From: Giardia intestinalis
Taxonomy: Eukaryota
DNA: 64,000 nt
Strand: one strand, 5' to 3'
Assembly: GCA_000002435.2 (NCBI GenBank)
Contig: CM018789.1
Shown here: positions 1 through 8,311 of the stretch, piece by piece
How the letters are laid out: the number at the start of each line of letters is the position of its first letter
How positions within the stretch are numbered: the stretch's first letter is position 1
Notes under the pieces: model-generated
What the model was told of the DNA's origin: nothing
Database searches by the model: none
Seen by the model: the letters and a program-made list of their open reading frames with translations, nothing else
Position numbers and translations under genes: made by a program

Positions 1-3000
1 ATGTGCTGACTGGCCAACCTCTTTGGTTTTTTCGTCCAGTAGAACCTGGAGTCTGCTCTTCTCATCTTCGTATGTAGATAACTTGGAAGTTAACTGTGCA
101 AGAAGCACGGTTTTTTCTTCGATGGCAATCTTCAGCGATTCGATCTCCGCGTTGAGCGCTTTTTCGCTTAGTGCGCGAGCATGTTCCGTGCTACGAAGCT
201 CTTCTTTGAGAGAGTTCGCAAAGTTTTGTAGCGACGCACATGAGTTTGTCTTTTCTTGAAGCAGTGCATCTAGCTTTGAACGTTCTTGCTTGCATGCAGA
301 TACTTCTGTTTTGAGCATGTCTGCAGCAGATGAAGCGGTATCGAGCTTGTGCTTAAGGTCCGAGACATATTCAAACGTTGGACGTGCTTTCAGCTCCGTC
401 TCAAGCGCCCGCAGCTTTATCTCTAAGGCCTCATTTTCCTGAGAAGCTTTCTTTGCTGCTAAAGAATCAGCATTTCTGGCCTCTAGCTGCGCCGAAAGCT
501 CTGCTTGCTTGGTGGTGGCCTCCTCCAGCTTCTTCTTGAGGGTCCCTATTTCAGATATCTTGTCGGAAAGCTCCGCAGCCATGGTTTCTCTTAGCGTGTG
601 CAGCTGTTGCCTTAGGTTTTCCTCTGTTAGTGTTGCAGCGTTCAGAGCTGATTCCGTGTGCAGTAAATTGTCTGCATTCCCCGTAGATGATGACAGCTTC
701 TCCATCGAACCAGAAGTCGTTAGCTGAATGATTCTCTCCTTGCACTTTGCGATCTCGTGGTCCTTCTCTTCTATCTGTTGACTGTGTTGTTGCTTCTGCG
801 ACCGCAGAGTAGCATTCAGGCTCTCTATGTTTTCTGTGAGAGCATCTTCAGCATTCGCCAATTTGACTTCCAGGTCCTTGCATGCCAACGTCAGCGTTTC
901 AATGGTTTTTTCGTGAGCAGAGATCGTGGAATTAGCTTTTGCAAGCTCAGCCTCTGTAGCGACAAGTCTAGAGTGAATGTCAGAGGCAGAAGCGGCAGAA
1001 GCTTTTGCTGCTCCAAGCACATGCTCCAAATCAGCTAGCTTTCGTACAAGAATGTCATACTCGGCTCTTGCCACACTGAGCGATGCCTGTAGTTCGCTCT
1101 TTTCCTTCTGAAGTTCTGTCTCTCGACTTAGTGCCTCGTAGATCTTTCCTCGTAGCTCCTCGGTCTTCTTTTCCCCTTCCATATACTTATTCAGAAGTAC
1201 AGTCGGGTCTAGCTTAATATCGTTGAGCACATCATACTTAGCCTGCAGAACAGCAAGCTCGACTGTCTTATCTGTCTGCCGCAGCTCGATAATTGTCTGC
1301 TCAGATCTGGCCAGCTCATGCCGAAGAGCGTCTACTTTCTGGGTAAGGGACGAAATGTCTTTGGCAGCAGACTCAGCGGAGGCTTGCATCCTATCGCGCT
1401 CTTCTAGAAGAGTCGCAATCTGTGCCTCGCGTGTAGCAATGCTCGCCTGAAGCCCTTGGATCTCGTGACGAATTTCTTGTGCTAGGGGTCCATCGGGGAG
1501 GTCGCGAAGAGACGTTGGAATGGATGCTGCACATCCTTGTGGTAAGTTTTCCGAGTTGATGGGGCAAAGAGTGCTGGCGTCCTTGCAAGAGTATTCTGTA
1601 AGCACTTCCTTGTCAACGACAGATGGAGGATTGTAGCTGAGTCTTTCCTGTGGTTCCAAAGGCTCATCGCGTTGCACTGATATGTGAGGCGGGACATTCG
1701 AAGAGGTGCCTACCACACTAGAGCTAGTTGGGTCGGTGCCTCCATACTTAGCCAGATTCTCCTGCAACTCTCTAATTTCTACATCCTTTTTCTCGATGAC
1801 GGCCTTAACCAATTCGCACAACGCTGGACAGCTCGACTGAACAGAAGCGTCAATACCGGAAGCCAATGGAATAGTTTCTTCCTGTTGTGAGGATAAAATA
1901 GAGGAGACAGAAACCCCTAAGTGTGCAACCAATACTTGCAGCTCAGTGGCCTCTGCCTTATACGAGCCGAGGGCATCTGTGGCCAGACGAAGATCTTGCC
2001 TCACCGATTTCTTCTCTTGCTCGAGCTTCTGCAGCTCATCCTTGAGGCGAGCGATTTCTGCATCACGCTGAGTTATGAACTTCTCTGCGTTAGCCTTTAC
2101 TTTCTTGAGTCTCCTCTCGAGCTCGTCCCGTTCCGTGTGAAGTGCGGCTTCGCTAGCTTGAACTTTTGAGAGTTCTGCCTTAGTGTTCTCAAACTCCTGC
2201 TGCGCAACTGACAAAGTCAGCGACAGCTGCTCGTTGGTGCTGCGAAGGATCTGAAGCTCATTGCTCCGCTCAGCAATTACAGACTCGTTGTGCTTGCTAA
2301 CCGTCGCGCACTCGTCGAGATAGCTCCTAAGCTCTATATTCTTAGCGCTATTGATCCGTTCAGCAGTAGCGAGAAGCTCGGACAGACGATCGACCTCCTT
2401 CTCCTTTGTCTTTGCAAAGTGCGTCAGGTCGGAGATGTGGAGCTCTTTCTGGCTGATGATGTCTTTCAACATTAGGTTTTCTCTGAGTAACTCGCCATTT
2501 TCTGCTAAAGAGGTTTGAAGCTGCTGGGACAAGGCCTCAAGTTCACGCTGAAAATCCGTCTTGATGGCGTCATTGGTGGTCTTGATAGTAGACAAGACGT
2601 CATAGATGTGGGAAATCTGAACGGTGGTCCCAGGTGGGTCTTGAGGGCCTGTGCATCCAGCAGGCTCAGGATATTCAGAAGCACGTGCATCAGAGTTCCG
2701 AATTCCCATGATAATATCGTCATTGATGGTCTGCAGTTGGGAGTGGAGCTGCTCCAGCTGGTGGAACTTTTTCTCTAAAGCTGAATGCGTCGAAAGCAAC
2801 TGCGCTGAGTTGGACCCGGACTGTACGTCCTCGGGTTGTTGTGATGAGGGCTGAAGTGGCTGGGCGGTTGTAGTACTATTAAACGCGCCGGTCAAAAGAT
2901 CGCTCACCTTTAAGTTGATTCCAGCCGACATCGGCCTATGGATGCGAACTGACCCAGTGGTCTGTTTAGGCTCTCCTGAAACGGGCTCCGTAGCTAGCGT

Positions 3001-3186
3001 CTGAGACCCTGAATGGCGGTTAAAGCCCGCCGAATGAGAAGTGTCACCAGAACGTCCGACGGTTCCTGATGATGAAAACGACCTAGAGGGTCGCATAACC
3101 GAGCCAGTGCCTCCTTTAAGGACTTTGCTGTGACTTGCTGAGCGGGCGACAGATCCAAACAGTGGATAGGTACCAGAATTTGGCAT
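1..3186 (-). CDS. Long coiled-coil protein, 3'-partial in window (start ATG at 3186-3184, ORF runs off the window start; >1060 codons). The N-terminal ~90 aa are Ser/Gly-rich, followed by a continuous heptad-like E/K/L/Q-rich coiled coil.
   Basis: Hand translation of the minus strand from the ATG at 3186 gives MPNSGTYPLFGSVARSASHSKVLKGGTGSVMRPSRSFSSSGTVGRSGDTSHSAGFNRHSGSQ... and continues without stops in the stretches I checked (e.g. ...ALNAEIESLKIAIEEKTVLLAQLTSKLSTYEDEK near position 100). No complete ORF over 93 aa is listed on either strand across 1-3190, consistent with one long gene running off the window. AT-rich initiator context (aatattaaacaATG). Confidence 0.55.
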   Translation of the reverse strand, partial: MPNSGTYPLFGSVARSASHSKVLKGGTGSVMRPSRSFSSSGTVGRSGDTSHSAGFNRHSGSQTLATEPVSGEPKQTTGSVRIHRPMSAGINLKVSDLLTGAFNSTTTAQPLQPSSQQPEDVQSGSNSAQLLSTHSALEKKFHQLEQLHSQLQTINDDIIMGIRNSDARASEYPEPAGCTGPQDPPGTTVQISHIYDVLSTIKTTNDAIKTDFQRELEALSQQLQTSLAENGELLRENLMLKDIISQKELHISDLTHFAKTKEKEVDRLSELLATAERINSAKNIELRSYLDECATVSKHNESVIAERSNELQILRSTNEQLSLTLSVAQQEFENTKAELSKVQASEAALHTERDELERRLKKVKANAEKFITQRDAEIARLKDELQKLEQEKKSVRQDLRLATDALGSYKAEATELQVLVAHLGVSVSSILSSQQEETIPLASGIDASVQSSCPALCELVKAVIEKKDVEIRELQENLAKYGGTDPTSSSVVGTSSNVPPHISVQRDEPLEPQERLSYNPPSVVDKEVLTEYSCKDASTLCPINSENLPQGCAASIPTSLRDLPDGPLAQEIRHEIQGLQASIATREAQIATLLEERDRMQASAESAAKDISSLTQKVDALRHELARSEQTIIELRQTDKTVELAVLQAKYDVLNDIKLDPTVLLNKYMEGEKKTEELRGKIYEALSRETELQKEKSELQASLSVARAEYDILVRKLADLEHVLGAAKASAASASDIHSRLVATEAELAKANSTISAHEKTIETLTLACKDLEVKLANAEDALTENIESLNATLRSQKQQHSQQIEEKDHEIAKCKERIIQLTTSGSMEKLSSSTGNADNLLHTESALNAATLTEENLRQQLHTLRETMAAELSDKISEIGTLKKKLEEATTKQAELSAQLEARNADSLAAKKASQENEALEIKLRALETELKARPTFEYVSDLKHKLDTASSAADMLKTEVSACKQERSKLDALLQEKTNSCASLQNFANSLKEELRSTEHARALSEKALNAEIESLKIAIEEKTVLLAQLTSKLSTYEDEKSRLQVLLDEKTKEVGQSAH

Positions 3187-3291
3187 TGTTTAATATTCAA
3201 AAGGAGCAGGGCCACCAGTACCTACTATTTGCTCTGCTAGTATATTGGAGACTGTCTCGTGTCCAGACAGAGTATAATCTGAAAATCAAAA

Positions 3292-6200
3292 ATGGAGTAC
3301 TTGTTTCGAGTAGCCTCCCAACAATCTGCGCCCCCAGGGAACTGTGAAGACTCGTCTGATGATGACTGTGGCTACAAAGGCATGGACCTCATTATCTCCG
3401 AGGGAAACCTCCTGCGGGTGGTGAGAAACAAGTCGACGCTTGGGCTTTGCATGGTTAAGCACCAGAAACTCTTGGACTACCTTGTTAAGGAGCACATCCT
3501 TATAGAGATCATGCAGCTAATCTTCAACCGCACGGCTACTCCGTTGAACTCTAGTCTGTGCACTGACACTAAGGAGGGATCGATAATGACTGACTCGATC
3601 ATAAACCCCCAGCCTGCATCTCCTATACATGTCACGTCACATGATCTAGCCACTGACACGGCAATCCGGGGCCAGTGTTACCCCGTTACCCTGGACGACG
3701 TCTATAGAGCTATCGACTTAATACGCACAGCTGAGCGAGTCACACCAGTCCTTACCCATATTATGTCGACGCCTTCTATTCTGCGCATCCCCTTCCAAGC
3801 TGTAGCCGTTGTCTATGGTTTTTTTGCCGACCGCGTCCATCCCCTTAAGGACATCGTTGTGAACCCTGCCAGCGATGACGAGTCGAACAGTGATTGCAAG
3901 ATCGAAGTCACAAAAGCCTTTGATGCGCTTTTGAACATTTGCACACTTTCAGTCGATAACCTCCCTATTTTCGTTGATGCGTTAGAGCAGCCTCTCTTTG
4001 ATACTGATGAAACCAAAGATAGTGACTCGTCGCCAGTGCTTCTAATAGACGTATGGGTGCAGCTTTTGTTGTTGAATAGAGCAGGATCTTCGTTTGTGCG
4101 CCTGGTGACAAATCCAAAGGATAAACCAGCACCCCTTCTTGACAAACTCGCAGCTTTTCTTTCCCAGAGGGGTGTTTTCAGTACTTATATCGATCATCTT
4201 TTCGTGTCTACCAACACCAGCTGTGATTCTATAACTAGTATTCTTGTTCAGTCTTTAAACTCCCAAGTTCCTTGGTGCAATACTATCGTTCAAGAGTTTC
4301 CGCGCCTTTTTAGTCTTTTTCTCTTATTAACAGGAAATTCCTTGCCTGCTGACTTGCCAGCAGAGCTTTTATCAAGACTTCCCACTTTATCACCTATAAC
4401 TAATCCATCTTTATGTCTTACATCATCGGTTGCCGACATGCTAGTATATATGTTGCGCACAATTATTCTTGACGCCGTCACGATTTCTCTAAATAACCCC
4501 GAGGACCCGACGCTAGAGGGTAAGACAATCATTACTTTAGAGTTCCTGAAAAATAAAGGATACACTCACGCAGATAGCTGGACTCTCTTCATTACAAGAC
4601 TCTTGCCTGCACTTTGCACTGCAACAGTGAGCAAACTGGAGGAGTCCGCCGAATCGTCAAGCGGTACATTCTCAGTGGTGGCTCTATTGATGCTCAAAAC
4701 AGTTGTTAGATTTATCGAACTAACCGGCTGCATAAATGATCATATCGATAGCGTTCTAATATCGAATACATACGGTTGTTCCTCGGCGACTCTTCTTTCA
4801 GTGATTTCCGCTGCGACTGAAATTAGCTCATGTAGCACTCTGCCTTCGTCTCTACGCTCACTTGGATGGGATGTCGAACCAAGTGAGTTCTTTAACAAGC
4901 TTCGCTACGGAGACGCAGGCCGGTTGTGCAGCGTGTCCATCGAGCTGATTGTACAAACAGTTGCACAGTCAGAATTGTACTCTGTATTGTGCAAGGTTAT
5001 GCGTGTGTTCCCTACGACAACCGTTGTCCTTTTTCTCTGCTCCCGTCTTTTTATCGTTGCTGCCTTCTATTTGTTCAGCTCGGACTCTGAACTTATTGAA
5101 CAGGCGCTTAAGCAATCTGGAATTTTTGAAGAGCTTGAGCTTGTGTCTATTGACGATGCTTCCGATTGTATAACTATAAGGCCTGTGTCTGAGATGGAAA
5201 CGTTTTCAATCGATGAGCCGTTGCCCACGAAGTTTTTGCCCTATAGATTCCGATCGCCATTTATTGTACACCTTCTCGGCATCCTTAGAGCATTTATCAG
5301 GCTGGCTGCGAATGTTACGCAAAGGGAATACGACTCCGAATGGTCACGCTATCTTGAGTTCCGTGAATCGTCTAGTGTACCTCCAACACGTGTTATGACA
5401 TACGCACAGCTTAGGACTCTCGCTGACAATCACACTTCTTTGCGGAGACTTTTGCTGGAACACCAGAAACTGGCTTCTGTTTCCTCTGCCTTCCTTTGGT
5501 TGGATCGCATAGGGGGAAACTGCTACTTCAAGGGTCTACTCCCCTTCTCGCGCCGACTTCTTTCTCTTGGAATCTCTACCTATGCAGGCGTCTCGCTAGA
5601 ATCTCTTATGGAGTACGCTGAAAAGGAGCCTGTCTTTGCAACTTCACAGGATTGGAACGTCAACGCCAACTTTTCTCTTAAGCAAAACATAGTTCTTGGC
5701 GCCCTCAAGCAAATGCTAACTTTGCAGAGGGGATCCCAGTTTAGTTTCACTGAAACAGACCTTAACAGCATTTACAACGGAATAATGTCTACGTCGCTGG
5801 ATGACGAGGAGGATAACAATGTCCATACTGGCGACGACAACCTGGATACTGGGCAGTTTGATGAAAATGTGGATGTGACTTCCTATCTAGCAAACAACGA
5901 AGCAGAGGTTCTAGGGGGACAAACAGACGTGGCACCGAGCTCTGGTGAGAGTGAGACTTTCGAATCTGCTGATGTAATAGCATTTGCGGAGTGTCTGCCA
6001 GAAGAGCTGGAGCCCCCTGTTGAACTATTGCCCCCGCTGGAGTCTGACAGTGAGGCACTGTCGGGAAGGTCTGAAATGTGTGATATCGACGATAGCTGTC
6101 CAGCTAAAGCACAATCTAGTAGCAAAGAACTGACAGATAGAAGCGATTTGGTAACTTCCACAGAGTCGCATGCTCCCTTAGTTTGCACGACAGCGCAGGA

Positions 6201-6855
6201 GCTTGCCCACATCCTTCACAATTCCCTGCCTAATGGCTCTACCGGGCTCATAAAAGACTCTGTATCAACTCATCAGCGTAGCACCGAGGTTAAGACTCCA
6301 GATAGCGCAACGTGCAGAGACCAAACTCCTCGCGGACAATATGAACAGCAGATCAATGTTATACATCTCACCAGTGTCGATAGCAGAGATAGATCATACA
6401 GCCCTCCACCTATTCCCAAATCGTCGTCGCCTCCAGCTGGTATTCACAACCGAGCATCTCGCGGAACATGCTCGCCAAATAAGCCTTTAGCCGCGATTAG
6501 CTCCATTGGCACAAGGCGAATAGACAAATCTCCGACCACAGAAACTGCAATTCTTACAGAGAAATCCCCGCGTGCAAAGCCTGCCACAAGGCCGTTTGCA
6601 CAAAGCAGCCGCCCAGTGCGTGAGGCTATCAAGCCAAGCAATGAATATTGCGACATCCCGCCCAATGAAGGAAGGTTTATGACATTTGAAGAAGCCACTG
6701 CAGTACTTGAAAAGCAGAACAGCATTATTGGACGAAGGGCACGTGTCGATGATAGCAGTAGAGAAAATGAATTTAGGCCTCTTCCGAAAAAGATGATGGC
6801 GGCGTCGTCCTCCTACTACGCAGGACGATTTAGGGACTATCGTGGAAGAACTTAG
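3292..6855 (+). CDS. Large hypothetical protein (1187 aa). The N-terminal region has weak resemblance to the SAPS/SIT4-phosphatase-associated N-terminus (..NKSTLGLCMVKHQKLLDYLVKEHILIEIMQLI..); the C-terminal third is S/P/D/E-rich low complexity.
   Basis: Uninterrupted 3564-nt ORF with an ATG at 3292 preceded by aaaatcaaaaATG. The SAPS similarity is from memory only and is low confidence. Confidence 0.6.
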   Translation: MEYLFRVASQQSAPPGNCEDSSDDDCGYKGMDLIISEGNLLRVVRNKSTLGLCMVKHQKLLDYLVKEHILIEIMQLIFNRTATPLNSSLCTDTKEGSIMTDSIINPQPASPIHVTSHDLATDTAIRGQCYPVTLDDVYRAIDLIRTAERVTPVLTHIMSTPSILRIPFQAVAVVYGFFADRVHPLKDIVVNPASDDESNSDCKIEVTKAFDALLNICTLSVDNLPIFVDALEQPLFDTDETKDSDSSPVLLIDVWVQLLLLNRAGSSFVRLVTNPKDKPAPLLDKLAAFLSQRGVFSTYIDHLFVSTNTSCDSITSILVQSLNSQVPWCNTIVQEFPRLFSLFLLLTGNSLPADLPAELLSRLPTLSPITNPSLCLTSSVADMLVYMLRTIILDAVTISLNNPEDPTLEGKTIITLEFLKNKGYTHADSWTLFITRLLPALCTATVSKLEESAESSSGTFSVVALLMLKTVVRFIELTGCINDHIDSVLISNTYGCSSATLLSVISAATEISSCSTLPSSLRSLGWDVEPSEFFNKLRYGDAGRLCSVSIELIVQTVAQSELYSVLCKVMRVFPTTTVVLFLCSRLFIVAAFYLFSSDSELIEQALKQSGIFEELELVSIDDASDCITIRPVSEMETFSIDEPLPTKFLPYRFRSPFIVHLLGILRAFIRLAANVTQREYDSEWSRYLEFRESSSVPPTRVMTYAQLRTLADNHTSLRRLLLEHQKLASVSSAFLWLDRIGGNCYFKGLLPFSRRLLSLGISTYAGVSLESLMEYAEKEPVFATSQDWNVNANFSLKQNIVLGALKQMLTLQRGSQFSFTETDLNSIYNGIMSTSLDDEEDNNVHTGDDNLDTGQFDENVDVTSYLANNEAEVLGGQTDVAPSSGESETFESADVIAFAECLPEELEPPVELLPPLESDSEALSGRSEMCDIDDSCPAKAQSSSKELTDRSDLVTSTESHAPLVCTTAQELAHILHNSLPNGSTGLIKDSVSTHQRSTEVKTPDSATCRDQTPRGQYEQQINVIHLTSVDSRDRSYSPPPIPKSSSPPAGIHNRASRGTCSPNKPLAAISSIGTRRIDKSPTTETAILTEKSPRAKPATRPFAQSSRPVREAIKPSNEYCDIPPNEGRFMTFEEATAVLEKQNSIIGRRARVDDSSRENEFRPLPKKMMAASSSYYAGRFRDYRGRT

Positions 6856-6915
6856 CCTTTTGTAAATCAATAATCAGCCGCACTTTCCTCTATAACGGTT
6901 CAGCATCACGTGAAT

Positions 6916-8184
6916 CTATTTCTCAGCCAAAGCTTTCTTCAATGCGGCATTTTCAGAAAGCAGATTGTAGATTCGTTGGTTCAGTAAATCGATTGTCTCT
7001 GTTAGGCTAAGATGATCTTCTTCAGTAGCTCGCAGCCTCCGGATCTCTTCCGAAAGCAGATGCTCGTTCAACTTTAACTCAACAAAGGACGCAGATAGCG
7101 CTCTGTCTATGTTATCGGGAGCGGATGATTGCTGCTTCAGATAATTGAACAAATCGTCCTGGAGCAACGAGACTGCCGTTTTGTAGTTGGTAAGTCTAGC
7201 TAGAAGTTGAAGCTCGTACTTATCTCTTTCAAGAAGGGAGCCTTGCAGCGAAGAAACCAACTCTGTAAGATCTTCTGACACAGGGACAGACGGAAGGGTT
7301 GGCGGAAGTGGAGCATCTAGTTCGCTGCTTGGGGTCTCCGTCTCAGTATGAGTCTGCTGAGTCTTAGAAGATGTATGCGCTGTGTCAATTGCTGCCTCCA
7401 GTAAGGAATCTAAACGCTTAAAGATAGATTCTAGAAGTCCAGTCTCTGGACAGTGGACAGTGCGTGTTTCAGCAAGGAGATCCGTAACCAGTTTAGAAGC
7501 TGCCTCACGAGTGGGCAATAATACACTTAACCCATCGTCCACTTTCTGTAGAAACGTAGATAGCTCAGAAGAACGCATCTGCTGTGAGTGTGAATGCTCT
7601 AGGACAGCACACTGAGATGGAATCGTCAGCTCAGATAGGTCTTCGTCCTGCTGGTCCACACTGCGGGCTGCGCCAACCGCCGCCTTGTACTCTTGTTGTG
7701 CTATATTAAGTATGGGGCAATCTTCTGCTGCAAGACTCTCATGCGAAAACCATGTGTTGGCCCCTTGATTGGTTTTTTCTATGTTCATGAGTGTATCTAA
7801 GGCTGACGAGCGCTCCAATGACGCTCGGTGAGCACAAGGCATGTCTTCGGATGCCTTGGGCGTGGGCAGCGGCTCGATAGCCTTATCCACAGAAAATTCT
7901 AGTCGAAAGGGCGGAAGATCAGTCCCGAAACGAAGAGTATCACCAGGGTAAACAGGGACAGAGTCGTTCTTTATCTTGATGTCATTTATGTATGTGCCGT
8001 TCCGAGAATTCAAGTCTATCACAGCGCTATTCCTAGGCCCCTCCAGAAGGATCTTAGCATGATGACCGGAGATGGACTTGGAATCCAAGGATATGTCGCA
8101 GTCAGCGGAACGACCAACCACGATTATCGGCTTGTGCAAGGCAATGTAGCCGGCAGGCCCTCGAAGAAATGCAAGCGCCTCCAT
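6916..8184 (-). CDS. FHA (forkhead-associated) domain protein with a C-terminal coiled coil
   Basis: N-terminus VVGRSADCDISLDSKSISGHHAKILLEG...VIDLNSRNGTYINDIKI...YPGDTLRFG matches the FHA core (GR..D..l....vSR.Ha.i.......l.DlnS.NGT.vN...i.....L..GD.i.fG). The C-terminus ...LQDDLFNYLKQQ...IRRLRATEED... is helical. ATG verified at 8184-8182. Confidence 0.65.
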   Translation of the reverse strand: MEALAFLRGPAGYIALHKPIIVVGRSADCDISLDSKSISGHHAKILLEGPRNSAVIDLNSRNGTYINDIKIKNDSVPVYPGDTLRFGTDLPPFRLEFSVDKAIEPLPTPKASEDMPCAHRASLERSSALDTLMNIEKTNQGANTWFSHESLAAEDCPILNIAQQEYKAAVGAARSVDQQDEDLSELTIPSQCAVLEHSHSQQMRSSELSTFLQKVDDGLSVLLPTREAASKLVTDLLAETRTVHCPETGLLESIFKRLDSLLEAAIDTAHTSSKTQQTHTETETPSSELDAPLPPTLPSVPVSEDLTELVSSLQGSLLERDKYELQLLARLTNYKTAVSLLQDDLFNYLKQQSSAPDNIDRALSASFVELKLNEHLLSEEIRRLRATEEDHLSLTETIDLLNQRIYNLLSENAALKKALAEK

Positions 8185-8311
8185 GGGAACTGCTCTTCAA
8201 GCGCGCTTGTCAAAAAACAGGCAGCGTACTTTTTCAATTGCCGCCTCCACGTGCCACGTGAAGCAAAGAACTGTGCTTGATGTGGTATTCGATATACTTA
8301 TCTTTGTGATT

